From positions 12,124 to 76,123 of the forward strand of contig JAUNBL010000002.1 in NCBI GenBank assembly GCA_030527235.1: a stretch of DNA of 64,000 nucleotides, written 5' to 3'. A program made the translations under genes and the position numbers. The notes under the pieces were generated by a model, which saw only the letters and a program-made list of their open reading frames with translations, ran no database searches and was not told the origin of the DNA. The stretch comes from Clostridia bacterium (GTDB lineage: Bacteria; Bacillota; Clostridia; UMGS1883). Positions within the stretch are counted from its first letter, which is position 1. The number at the start of each line of letters is the position of its first letter. Shown here piece by piece: positions 21,521 through 31,085 of this stretch.

Positions 21521-24500
21521 ATGAAAAAACTGCTTTGCGCGCTGATTTCTCTTTCCATGCTCTGTTCGCTGCCGATGCTGCAGCTTGACGCATCGGCATA
21601 TGCCTTTACGGATGCGACATTTTTTTCACGTTTTAACTACGGCTCTTTCGCTGCACTTTCTTCAGTCCAAAGCTACGTTGACAGTTCAAACTATTCCGCA
21701 GCGAAACAAGCCCTGCTTGATTACTACAAGGCAAAAAAAGCAAGCGGCGCGCTCTCCGGTTTTGCCGTTACGCAGGAAGATGCCAACTTCGGCATGGCAG
21801 TTCTGGCGCTTGACAACATAATTACCGGTCCGTATGAGTTTGACGTTCAGATAGGCGCTTTTACTGTTTCGTCCACCGCTGCACAATACGTCACGGCAGA
21901 CATTACCGACAAGGTGAAGAGCGAAGTTGACAACGGCAATATTTCACTGATGCTTTTGGAGCGGCAAAAGCAGGAATACGCGGTCAACGTCTATTCACGC
22001 GAATCATCATATGCACCGCAGCTTATTGTCACAACAGACGATGGCGTGGTCACAATTACCGCAGATAAGGATACATATATCAATTCCGACGCAACGACTA
22101 CAAACTACGCGAGCGCGATGGTTTTGCCAGTCAATGAGCAGTCAAACGACACTACGGACGCGTTTTCGTCGCAAACACGCCGTCCTTATATAAATTTCCC
22201 GCTCACCGCGATATCGGGCAAGAATATTATAAGCGCGCAATTAAAGCTATATGCATATCTTGACACGGGCTGCACCGAAGCAAAAGATGTTCATGTACTG
22301 TTTTGCGGAGACTCCACATGGAATGAAGCTTCTCTTACCTGGGCGAAAATTAACGGCAGCGTCTATTCCTGGCAAAGCGCCGCAACTCCGCCATGGACAA
22401 GTCCCTCAGGCGCGGACGGGGAATACCTTAACGTAACATGCCGCTTTTGGTACGCAAGGCCCATGGTATGGGAATACAAAAAATTTCTTGCCGACCCGAC
22501 GGGTTATCCCGAAGGCGAGGCGTACGGTATAAAACTCTTGGAACTGATGAACGCTTTTGCGACCAATATGTCAGCCGGATATAACCGGACCCTTGAGACC
22601 GGCGAGCGTCTCAACCGCTGGGTAGACGTTATATATGAACTGGTGGATTCCGACATTATGACGGCGGATATTTTCTGCAACCTGCTGAACTATATGTGGG
22701 GAGACTGCAATTACTTAAACGGACTTTCCATAACAAACGGAAGCGTTTGGTGGAGTAATTGGCGCGTTGTGGCAAACGCGGGTTTTTTCAAAGCGACTGA
22801 GTTCCTTCCTGAGTTCTCGCTTTATTCAACTTGGCGCGCCAAAGCAGAGAGTAACCTTGACTGGACGTTTGACAACCTCTATAATTCCGACTATTCGTTT
22901 ACGGAGGCTGGCCCTGCATATGCTATCTGGTGTACTGAGCTTTATTCAGACGCAGCTATAATGGCCGACATGAACCAAAATCCTGTGAACGAGGAGTTTC
23001 TGAACAAGCTCAAATACACTGCGCGCTATGCGATGGAAACCATGTATCCCAACGGATATGACACAAATATTGGAGATTCAAACTACAAAGACCGTATGCG
23101 CGTATTTACGCGTCTTGTGAATTACTTTGACAACGATGAGCACCTAAAGGCCTATACCTCTGGCGGTACGAACGGAACACCGGAATACTATTCAAATTAT
23201 TACACAGACGCTAACAGTGCGTTTTTCCGCAACTCCTACGACCCTGCTAAAGCAGTGTACTTAAACTTTATGAACACGACATATGACGGGCACGCGCACC
23301 CGGACGCAAATCAGGTAGTGATGTACGCATACGGCAAGCCGCTTTTGGTAGACAGCGGCCGCTACGGTTACAGCGGAAGTGAAATATACAGCGCTCTCCG
23401 CGCTGCATATGCGCACAACACTATAGAGGTAGAGGGAGCGTCTCTCGCCGCCCATTCCTCAAGCGGCGCACCGCTTGAGTATACCGTTGCCAACGACATA
23501 TTTGATTATACGTCCTCAACACAAAGCGGCTATTCATCTTTGGGAATTTCGCATAACCGAAGCGTACTCTTTCTGCGCAAAGGCTTTGCGATTATTTCCG
23601 ACACTATGAATGGCGCGTCAGCCTCACAAACATACAGACAGAACTGGCATTTTCTGCCCTCAGCACATGCAAGCGCTGACATTGACACGAGCAGCGTTTC
23701 CACAGCCTTTGCTAATGAGGCTAATATTACTGTCGCCTCAACTGCACAGCCGAGCGTAAAGAGCGGTTATCACAGCTCCGACTACGGTCTGGCTGCACAA
23801 TCCGAATATGCGTCTTTCACAGTAAGCGGAACAAACGCCAAAATCGACACTATTCTCTATCCCTTCGATGGAGCTGCCGACAAGAGTGTTGCCGCAGTTG
23901 ACCTCGCCTCCGGAGACAACACAAAGAGCGCAGTAAAGTTCGTCGTAGGCGGCGTGGAGAGCTATTACTACTCTATGCACTCCGACTCGGCTAACGGCGT
24001 GTTCGGAAATTATTCGTTTAACGGTCAGACCGCCTACGTATCGCCCGAAGAAATCGCCGCAGTGGGCGGCTCGATTCTTTCGGGTCAGGAGGGTTCTCTA
24101 ATAGAAAGCTCTACACTTGTTCCCTCAATCGGAGTTTCCTTCTCCGGTACATCTGTTGCCATTTCAGGCGACTCGCTGGAGCCTTCGACCGAGCAAAGCG
24201 CGATAAAGATTTACGCGCCCAATGCTCAAAGCGTAACACTGAACGGCGTCTCAGTACCCTTCGTGCGTTCGGGCAATTATATCTATGCTGCGGCCGTAAC
24301 GAGCGTAACGGTGAATTTCGTGGACACAAGCGGCTCCCAAATAGCTCAAAGTCTTACCTTCACCGCTAAAGCGGGCGACACATACTCGTATACCCCTGAA
24401 GAATACATCGAAGCTGAAGGCACACTATATTTCTACAGAGCGCTTCTTTCAAAGTCAAGCACAACAGTAAAAAGCGGTACCAACACTCTCACACTTGTGT

Positions 24501-25885
24501 ACGCAACGGGCGATGAAAATATTTTGGCAGCGGAGGACATGAGCATACGTTTGGACGGTGCGACGACCGACAGCACAGAACGCATTATCGTCGCCGGAAC
24601 AAACAGCTATACGAGGCGGAACGGCTTTTTGAAGTTTAACATATCAGCCCTTGACACAACAACTCAGATAGCGTCTGCGTATGTAGTCCTAAAAACCGCC
24701 GCCGCATCCAACGGACAAACCACGGTGAGCGTGTACTCCACCTCGTCGTCGTGGAGCGAGTCAAATGTTCCTGCGTGGGCATCGATGCCCGCCGCAGAAT
24801 CTCTTATCTGCACCTATACGCAGCCTCTTGACTCTGTGGGTACCTATAGAGTTATAGATATTACCGATTACTATGACTCCCTTCTCGGAATTGAGGATTC
24901 CTTAAGTCTTCAACTCTTGTGCGATGCATCGAGCGGAAGCAATAACGTCTTACAGTATTATTCTAAAGAAGCTGCGGACGCCGATGCCTATGCGCCTACA
25001 CTTATTGTGACTTATTCCGGAGGAACACGACCGCAAAGCGTATCGTCCTCAATCAGCGTAACCGCAGCCCGCGGTGCTTCAATTTTAGCTTCTACAGGAA
25101 AAGACGAAGGCAGCGGTTATGTGAATCGTCTCATGACAGATACCAGATGGAATATACGCTTTGGAATTTGCGGATTTGACATTGATTATAACGGCACAGT
25201 TCCTTCCTCCGGCAGCGTTACGTTTTATACCGGGGCGGATAACAACGCCACAACCGCTTTGTCGTTCTCGCTTTACCCATATGATGCTCTGGGGTACACG
25301 TGGACAAGAGATACAATCTCGGGTGTGACTTCACTGCCATCCGGTGTTGAGGCAATTGCAACTCAAACCATCCCCAGCGCACTTAGTGCGGGAGAGCGCC
25401 AGGCAGTCACGTTTGATATCACAGACTACCTTCTTGCAAACCCCACACAAGAGAGTTTTAACTTTATTATCGGAATAAATACGGCTTCGGCGTATTCGAT
25501 ATTCTATTCCGAAAGCACACAATACGCTCCGACAATGAACATATCCACTGTTTCGGCACAATCGCCCTATATTTCAGTTTCAAACGGCAATGTTCCTTAT
25601 CGCTACGACGAAGATTCCAATGGCATATTCATCTTTGCCAAGCTGCTTAACGCTTCAAATGTGACAGTAATCGATGCCGGCTTTGAAATTTGGCAGACTA
25701 CGGACCCTTCAAGACAAAAAAAGTACGAACGGGTTTCGTCCGTAGTTCCCAATTCCGAAGGCACGTTCGGAGTTAGGCTGCCATCAATCGTTGAGCGGCG
25801 CACAATACTTCCGTATGTAACTTACACAAACTCCGACTCTCTGCAAACAACTATTTACGGAGCGGAAATCTGGGTTGACCCATAA
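21521..25885 (+). CDS. Large secreted heparinase II/III-like polysaccharide lyase with several DNRLRE/CBM96-like beta-sandwich modules
   Basis: Signal peptide MKKLLCALISLSMLCSLPML. Heparinase II/III signature GHAHPDANQVVMYAYGKPLLVDSGRYGYSG...AYAHNTIEVEG. Repeated modules of the type YINFPL...IISAQLKLYAY...STWNEASLTWA and FLKFNISALD...IASAYVVLK...SSWSESNVPAW. Confidence 0.72.
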   Translation: MKKLLCALISLSMLCSLPMLQLDASAYAFTDATFFSRFNYGSFAALSSVQSYVDSSNYSAAKQALLDYYKAKKASGALSGFAVTQEDANFGMAVLALDNIITGPYEFDVQIGAFTVSSTAAQYVTADITDKVKSEVDNGNISLMLLERQKQEYAVNVYSRESSYAPQLIVTTDDGVVTITADKDTYINSDATTTNYASAMVLPVNEQSNDTTDAFSSQTRRPYINFPLTAISGKNIISAQLKLYAYLDTGCTEAKDVHVLFCGDSTWNEASLTWAKINGSVYSWQSAATPPWTSPSGADGEYLNVTCRFWYARPMVWEYKKFLADPTGYPEGEAYGIKLLELMNAFATNMSAGYNRTLETGERLNRWVDVIYELVDSDIMTADIFCNLLNYMWGDCNYLNGLSITNGSVWWSNWRVVANAGFFKATEFLPEFSLYSTWRAKAESNLDWTFDNLYNSDYSFTEAGPAYAIWCTELYSDAAIMADMNQNPVNEEFLNKLKYTARYAMETMYPNGYDTNIGDSNYKDRMRVFTRLVNYFDNDEHLKAYTSGGTNGTPEYYSNYYTDANSAFFRNSYDPAKAVYLNFMNTTYDGHAHPDANQVVMYAYGKPLLVDSGRYGYSGSEIYSALRAAYAHNTIEVEGASLAAHSSSGAPLEYTVANDIFDYTSSTQSGYSSLGISHNRSVLFLRKGFAIISDTMNGASASQTYRQNWHFLPSAHASADIDTSSVSTAFANEANITVASTAQPSVKSGYHSSDYGLAAQSEYASFTVSGTNAKIDTILYPFDGAADKSVAAVDLASGDNTKSAVKFVVGGVESYYYSMHSDSANGVFGNYSFNGQTAYVSPEEIAAVGGSILSGQEGSLIESSTLVPSIGVSFSGTSVAISGDSLEPSTEQSAIKIYAPNAQSVTLNGVSVPFVRSGNYIYAAAVTSVTVNFVDTSGSQIAQSLTFTAKAGDTYSYTPEEYIEAEGTLYFYRALLSKSSTTVKSGTNTLTLVYATGDENILAAEDMSIRLDGATTDSTERIIVAGTNSYTRRNGFLKFNISALDTTTQIASAYVVLKTAAASNGQTTVSVYSTSSSWSESNVPAWASMPAAESLICTYTQPLDSVGTYRVIDITDYYDSLLGIEDSLSLQLLCDASSGSNNVLQYYSKEAADADAYAPTLIVTYSGGTRPQSVSSSISVTAARGASILASTGKDEGSGYVNRLMTDTRWNIRFGICGFDIDYNGTVPSSGSVTFYTGADNNATTALSFSLYPYDALGYTWTRDTISGVTSLPSGVEAIATQTIPSALSAGERQAVTFDITDYLLANPTQESFNFIIGINTASAYSIFYSESTQYAPTMNISTVSAQSPYISVSNGNVPYRYDEDSNGIFIFAKLLNASNVTVIDAGFEIWQTTDPSRQKKYERVSSVVPNSEGTFGVRLPSIVERRTILPYVTYTNSDSLQTTIYGAEIWVDP

Positions 25886-25900
25886 ACCGAATAAATATAT

Positions 25901-25931
25901 AGTATGCGCCCCGATTATCGGGGCGCATACT
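25901..25931. terminator. Bidirectional intrinsic terminator
   Basis: A 13-bp perfect stem agtatgcgccccg / cggggcgcatact between convergent stops. It overlaps the atpD stop at 25930. Confidence 0.75.
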
Positions 25932-26559
25932 ATATTCTTCCGTTTTTGTTCTTTTGCTTTTTAATTACCTTCAGCCGCGTAAAATCCTCGCGTTCCTTTT
26001 CCTCGAGCGCATTTGCAATATCGGAAGTCATTTTTTCGTACTGTGGAATTACAATATTTTGAAGCGCATTCGCCCGCTTTTGTGTCTTTTTAATATTCAC
26101 AGCCAAACGATACGCCGAGGTTTCCACCTGCGCGAGATGCAAGCTCAACTCCTTAACGCGGTTAAACTTTATATACGCTTCGTCAAGCGCTGCAGAGGAA
26201 TTCCAAAAGCCATACGGCGGGCGGTTCGGCTTTTTTTCGTAGGAAACAAGCGGGATAACAGCGCCCATTACGCTTCGGCTTTTTACAGCAATGCTGTTAT
26301 CTATCGGCATCGCCGAAAGAATTTCTTCTATACGGCTTATCCCCATTGAGGTGTTCGCACGCAGCAGAGCCGAGTAGGCTTCGCGAAACGTGATGTCTAT
26401 TTCGTTCTGCATACTGCGCACCTCTTCCAAAAGTCCCATCAGCTCGCGCACAAGAATGGCACGCTTTTTATCTAGCAGTGAATAGCCCGTTTTCGAGAGC
26501 GCAAGCGTGTTTTTTGCGATTATCAGATTGCCTTTTGTAGCAAGAAGCTTTTCCGCCAT
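25930..26559 (-). CDS. atpD: V-type ATPase subunit D
   Basis: The N-terminus LLATKGNLIIAKNTLALSKTGYSLLDKKRAILVRE is typical of subunit D. It is last in the operon. Confidence 0.88.
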   Translation of the reverse strand: MAEKLLATKGNLIIAKNTLALSKTGYSLLDKKRAILVRELMGLLEEVRSMQNEIDITFREAYSALLRANTSMGISRIEEILSAMPIDNSIAVKSRSVMGAVIPLVSYEKKPNRPPYGFWNSSAALDEAYIKFNRVKELSLHLAQVETSAYRLAVNIKKTQKRANALQNIVIPQYEKMTSDIANALEEKEREDFTRLKVIKKQKNKNGRI

Positions 26560-26561
26560 AA

Positions 26562-27944
26562 TTATCCCTTCTTCGGCAAATATTTGTCGAGCATCTTCTT
26601 GTCTATGCGGTCAAGTTCGCTCACATCAAGCATGGACAAGAGTTTCCAGCCCAAATCAAGCGACTCTTCTATAGAGCGGCTTTCATCGCGGCGCTGCGCC
26701 AAAAACTCCTTTTCAAAGCGCTCACCAAAGCTCATGTAGAGTTTGTCGGCTTCACCAAGCTCATCCTCCCCTATTACCGATGCAAGGGAGCGCACTTCTC
26801 CTACCTTCGCATATGACGCGAAAATCTGGTTTGCAATTTGCGGATGGTCTTCCCGCGTGTAGCCCTCCCCTATACCGTCCTTCATCAGACGAGAAAGTGA
26901 CGGCAGCACGCTGACGGGCGGGTATATTCCGCGGCTTGAAATCGAACGGTCGAGCACTATCTGTCCTTCGGTTATATAGCCTGTAAGGTCAGGTATTGGA
27001 TGCGTTATATCATCGTTAGGCATGGTAAGAATGGGAATTTGCGTAATGCTCCCCTTTTTGCCCTTAACAATTCCCGCTCTTTCATATATGCTTGCAAGGT
27101 CTGAATAAAGATATCCCGGAAATCCTTTTCGCGAAGGTATCTCACCCTTTGTGGACGAAATCTCGCGCACCGCCTCCGCATACGCAGTCATATCAGTCAA
27201 AATAACAAGGATATGCATTTCCTTTTCAAACGCAAGATATTCTGCAGCAGTAAGCGCGGCGCGAGGTGTAATAATTCGTTCTGCAACAGGGTCATCGGAA
27301 AGGTTCATAAACATGACGACTCTGCTTGAAGCTCCGCTCTCCTCAAATGATTTCCTGAAAAACAGCGCTTCGTCGTTTTTTACCCCCATTGCCGCAAAGA
27401 CTATCGCAAACGGCGTATCATCAGCGCCCGAAAGACTCGCGCGGCGTACAATTTGAGCTGCCAGCCGGTTATGAGGCATACCGCTGCCGGAAAATATGGG
27501 CAGTTTCTGCCCTATAATGAGTGTCGAAAGTACGTCTATTGAGGAAATACCCGTCTGAATAAAATTTCTTGGATATTCACGGCATATGGGGTTCATGGCG
27601 CTTCCGTTCACATCTCCCATTTTTTCGGGATATATAGCGCCCATGCCGTCTATCGGATTGCCTGTACCGCTAAGCACACGTCCCAGCAAATCCGGCGTAA
27701 GGGGGATTTGCATACTGTGTCCTGTAAGCCGCGTTCGCGTGTTTTCAAGAGAAAGTCCCGTTGAATCCTCATAAAGCTGCACCACAATCCGCTCGCCGAT
27801 AATTTGAATTATCTGTCCAATACGGCGCTTGCCGCCCGGAGAAACAATCTCCACGGTTTCCTCATATCCCGCACCACTGACTCCGTCAAGTACAACAAGC
27901 GGGCCGTTTATCTCTTCAAGTCCTATATACTCTATGCTTTTCAT
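26562..27944 (-). CDS. atpB: V-type ATPase subunit B
   Basis: 460 aa, [15 protein letters not shown]..., nucleotide-binding-fold homolog lacking a canonical P-loop, adjacent to subunit A. Confidence 0.92.
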   Translation of the reverse strand: MKSIEYIGLEEINGPLVVLDGVSGAGYEETVEIVSPGGKRRIGQIIQIIGERIVVQLYEDSTGLSLENTRTRLTGHSMQIPLTPDLLGRVLSGTGNPIDGMGAIYPEKMGDVNGSAMNPICREYPRNFIQTGISSIDVLSTLIIGQKLPIFSGSGMPHNRLAAQIVRRASLSGADDTPFAIVFAAMGVKNDEALFFRKSFEESGASSRVVMFMNLSDDPVAERIITPRAALTAAEYLAFEKEMHILVILTDMTAYAEAVREISSTKGEIPSRKGFPGYLYSDLASIYERAGIVKGKKGSITQIPILTMPNDDITHPIPDLTGYITEGQIVLDRSISSRGIYPPVSVLPSLSRLMKDGIGEGYTREDHPQIANQIFASYAKVGEVRSLASVIGEDELGEADKLYMSFGERFEKEFLAQRRDESRSIEESLDLGWKLLSMLDVSELDRIDKKMLDKYLPKKG

Positions 27945-27979
27945 AATTTTGAATGCAGCTTCCTTTCTTCGGGATTTTC

Positions 27980-29749
27980 CTACGCCTGCTCACTGTGAAT
28001 CTTATTGTAAAACTCGTCAACCGCCTTTTTATATTCTTCAAACTTGTCCAAACGATTATTTTCTACATCGTACTTCACATTTATAATTTTATCAAACACA
28101 TCACTCTCACGCAGGACAGACATCGGTATCCCCATATCGGTAAGGGTTTTCGCTTTGTCGTAGAGATAAAGTATAAGCTGCATCATGCGAAGCTGTTTTT
28201 CAAGCGGCACGTATGTGTCCGCTGCGTGGTAGGCATTTTGCTGTAAAAAGCCCACCCGTATTACGCGGCATATCTCCAGCACTATTTTTTGCGAATCGGG
28301 CAAAATATCGCTTCCGATAAGCTTTACAATATCCATAAGCTTGCTTTCTTCTTCAAGAAGCACCATGAAACGGTTTCGGCATTCCATGAACTCCTTGCCC
28401 GCCGTTTCGTCGTACCACAAAGTTAAGTCGTCTATATAATCTGAATAGCTCGTAAGCCAATCTATCGCCGGATAATGACGCGCATACGCCAAAGAACGGT
28501 CGAGCGCCCAGAAAGTCCTGACAAAGCGCCTTGTATTTTGCGTTACAGGCTCGGAAAAATCTCCGCCCTGAGGCGATACCGCACCTATAATCGTAACGCT
28601 GCCCAGCTGACCCGACAGAGTCTGAGCCATTGATGCGCGTTCGTAAAACTGCGAAAGACGGCTTGAAAGATATGCCGGAAATCCCTCATCGGCGGGCATT
28701 TCCTCCAAGCGTCCGGAAATTTCACGCAGCGCCTCAGCCCAACGCGAAGTGGAGTCCGCCATAATCGCAACATGGTATCCCATATCGCGGTAGTATTCCG
28801 CAATAGTAACGCCCGTATATATGCTCGCTTCACGCGCTGCCACCGGCATATTGGACGTATTCGCAATAAGCACGGTGCGCTCTAAAAGCGAACGCCCTGA
28901 TTTCGGGTCTATCAGGTCGGAGAATTCCTCTAATACCTGTGTCATCTCATTTCCGCGTTCGCCGCAGCCTATATACACTATGACGTCCGCGTCGGAAAAT
29001 TTTGCAATTTGGTGTTGAGTCATAGTCTTCCCCGTGCCGAAACCTCCCGGCACCGCAGCCGTTCCTCCTTTTGCAATCGGGAACATTGTATCTATAATGC
29101 GTTGCCCGGTTATAAGAGGCATTGTCGGCTCAAGACGCTTTTTTACGGGACGCGGCGCTCGCACTGCCCATTTCTGAGCAAGCGTAATTTCAACCTCGCC
29201 GCGCTCAGTCCTAACAGTGAGAAGCGGTTCGGTTACAGTATATTGTCCGCTATGCGCGGCAAATACCACCTCGCCAGAAACATCCGGAGGGAGCATCGAC
29301 TTGTGTATTACAGAGCTTGTCTCCGGGCATTCGGCAAAAATCATGCCTCCATGAACAACATCGCCCTTTTGAACAAGCACACTGACGTCCCATTTCTTCT
29401 GCTCGTCAATCGCGCTTACCTTAAGCCCTCTTGATATAAAATCTCCCGACTCCAGCGCCATTTTAGTAAGAGGACGCTCAATTCCGTCGAAAATATTTCC
29501 AACAATTCCCGGACCCAGCTCCAGCGAAAGCGGAGCGCCTGTCGCGACCACTGCCTCGTTCAGGCGAAGCCCCGCTGTGCTTTCGTAAACCTCCACAATA
29601 GTGTCGGCTCTATCTATCCCAATTACCTGACCGAGCAGTTTCTCCTCCCCAATCAGAACCATTTCCTGCATCAGGAAATCTCTGCTGCCTCTGACCCGTA
29701 TAACAGGCCCGTTTACGGAGTATATATAACCTTTAGTCACAACTATCAC
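27980..29749 (-). CDS. atpA: V-type ATPase catalytic subunit A
   Basis: [13 protein letters not shown], Walker A motif PGGFGTGKT and GERGNEM. 589 aa. Confidence 0.93.
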   Translation of the reverse strand: MIVVTKGYIYSVNGPVIRVRGSRDFLMQEMVLIGEEKLLGQVIGIDRADTIVEVYESTAGLRLNEAVVATGAPLSLELGPGIVGNIFDGIERPLTKMALESGDFISRGLKVSAIDEQKKWDVSVLVQKGDVVHGGMIFAECPETSSVIHKSMLPPDVSGEVVFAAHSGQYTVTEPLLTVRTERGEVEITLAQKWAVRAPRPVKKRLEPTMPLITGQRIIDTMFPIAKGGTAAVPGGFGTGKTMTQHQIAKFSDADVIVYIGCGERGNEMTQVLEEFSDLIDPKSGRSLLERTVLIANTSNMPVAAREASIYTGVTIAEYYRDMGYHVAIMADSTSRWAEALREISGRLEEMPADEGFPAYLSSRLSQFYERASMAQTLSGQLGSVTIIGAVSPQGGDFSEPVTQNTRRFVRTFWALDRSLAYARHYPAIDWLTSYSDYIDDLTLWYDETAGKEFMECRNRFMVLLEEESKLMDIVKLIGSDILPDSQKIVLEICRVIRVGFLQQNAYHAADTYVPLEKQLRMMQLILYLYDKAKTLTDMGIPMSVLRESDVFDKIINVKYDVENNRLDKFEEYKKAVDEFYNKIHSEQA

Positions 29750-29758
29750 CCACTTAAA

Positions 29759-30334
29759 TCACAAAAACTTATTAAAGCTCTCCCTTTCATTGCCAAGGCG
29801 CGTGTCAAACGTCATATCAAGCGATATACGCTTATCGCGTATCACGAAACGCACGCCGCCAAAAATGTTTTCGCTTGAGACTAATGCGGCGCCGTTTCGA
29901 AGCATTGTTTGCGCATACTGTGCATTATCTTTTGGCGACAAATACGCGACAATATCCGAACCGATTTTTTGCGCCTCTCTGAGAGCATAGAGCAAATACG
30001 TCTCGTACTCGGGCGTTTTCATATACTCCTCTATCTTTTCGCGCACACTTTCAAAGAGCTCGTTCGTAAGCTTTTCACGTGTTTTCCAAAGAGCACGTTT
30101 ACATTCAAACGTCGTTTCGGAAATTAACACACCGGCCTTTGTCCGCGCCTCTTCCTCGGCGTGTTTTCGGGCGGCTTTACCCTCTTCCTTCGCTCTTTTC
30201 TCGTACTCACACAAAATCGCATCCTTGCGTTTTTGAAACGAAGCAATAATTGCGTCCCGCTCGTTTGCCGCATCCGCCATTACAACAGCTCCGAACTGTG
30301 CAAGTTTTTTTTCCATGGTGTCCTTTGTCTGCAT
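29759..30334 (-). CDS. atpE: V-type ATPase subunit E
   Basis: 191-aa protein with a charged coiled-coil N-terminus and a globular C-terminus, positioned between F and A. Confidence 0.75.
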   Translation of the reverse strand: MQTKDTMEKKLAQFGAVVMADAANERDAIIASFQKRKDAILCEYEKRAKEEGKAARKHAEEEARTKAGVLISETTFECKRALWKTREKLTNELFESVREKIEEYMKTPEYETYLLYALREAQKIGSDIVAYLSPKDNAQYAQTMLRNGAALVSSENIFGGVRFVIRDKRISLDMTFDTRLGNERESFNKFL

Positions 30335-30346
30335 ACAAAAAACCTC

Positions 30347-30658
30347 TTAATTCAATTTAACGCCTATCGCCTCAAGCACGTACTGAGTTATCGCAGAAGT
30401 GCTCTTAGACGGCTTGGAGCGCGTGGGGATTTCCACCAGAAGCGGCGTTTTGTGAGAAAGCTTAATCTGAGTAATCTTTTCGGGGACGGAAAGCGACAGT
30501 TTCTCTGTCACGAGCAGCACCGCCAGTTCCTTATCCTTAAGCGCTCTCTCAAGCGCTCTCTCAAGCGCTTCCTTTTCATGTACGACTTCCCCCTCCACTC
30601 CGCAAAGGCGCATTCCGAGCAGAGTGTCAAGATTGTCGCTTATTACGTACATTTTCAT
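30347..30658 (-). CDS. atpF: V-type ATPase subunit F
   Basis: 103 aa with the typical subunit F N-terminus MKMYVISDNLDTLLGMRLCGVEG. Confidence 0.8.
   Translation of the reverse strand: MKMYVISDNLDTLLGMRLCGVEGEVVHEKEALERALERALKDKELAVLLVTEKLSLSVPEKITQIKLSHKTPLLVEIPTRSKPSKSTSAITQYVLEAIGVKLN
30541..30569 (-). repeat. 12-nt tandem repeat (2.4 copies) inside atpF
   Basis: gcgctctctcaa gcgctctctcaa gcgct encodes EALERALERAL. Confidence 0.8.
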
Positions 30659-30659
30659 T

Positions 30660-31070
30660 TTACTGAAGAATAAGGAATGAAATCAAGAGTCCGTACAGAG
30701 CTATACCTTCGGCAAGAGCAACAAATATGAGCGCCTTACCCATGATTCCCTCATTTTCGCTCATGGCTCCGATTGCCGCGCTCGCGCTAGACGCAACAGC
30801 TATACCGGCGCCAATCGCCGCAAGTCCGGTTGAGAGCGCCGCAGCTATATAAGTCAGCGGGTCTTTCATTACGGTCGGAGCCTCAGGCGCGGCAAAAGCG
30901 CTGCCGCTGAAAAGCACCGCCGCACCCACAAACATTATTACGGCATATGAAATAATATTTGCCGCAAGAGCGCGTTTGCCGTTTTTTTTGCGTTCTGAGG
31001 AAAAGTAGAGCATCCCGAACGGTACAACCACCGAAAGCAACCACAAAACTGTAATTATTCCCATTAACAT
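30660..31070 (-). CDS. atpK: V-type ATPase proteolipid subunit K with an atypical N-terminal extension
   Basis: The C-terminal 69 aa form a canonical 2-TM hairpin (GLAAIGAGIAVASSASAAIGAM...ALAEGIALYGLLISFLIL). ATG 31070 has a strong AAGGGTGGA RBS. An alternative internal ATG at 30869 would give the hairpin alone. Confidence 0.8.
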   Translation of the reverse strand: MLMGIITVLWLLSVVVPFGMLYFSSERKKNGKRALAANIISYAVIMFVGAAVLFSGSAFAAPEAPTVMKDPLTYIAAALSTGLAAIGAGIAVASSASAAIGAMSENEGIMGKALIFVALAEGIALYGLLISFLILQ

Positions 31071-31085
31071 TTTTATTCCACCCTT

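Noticed and set aside
30660-30866. Predicting Na+ versus H+ specificity of the V-ATPase from the K-subunit carboxylate helix (AEGIALYG)
   Set aside because: I cannot reliably recall the full set of ion-site residues for V-type c-rings, so any call would be a guess.
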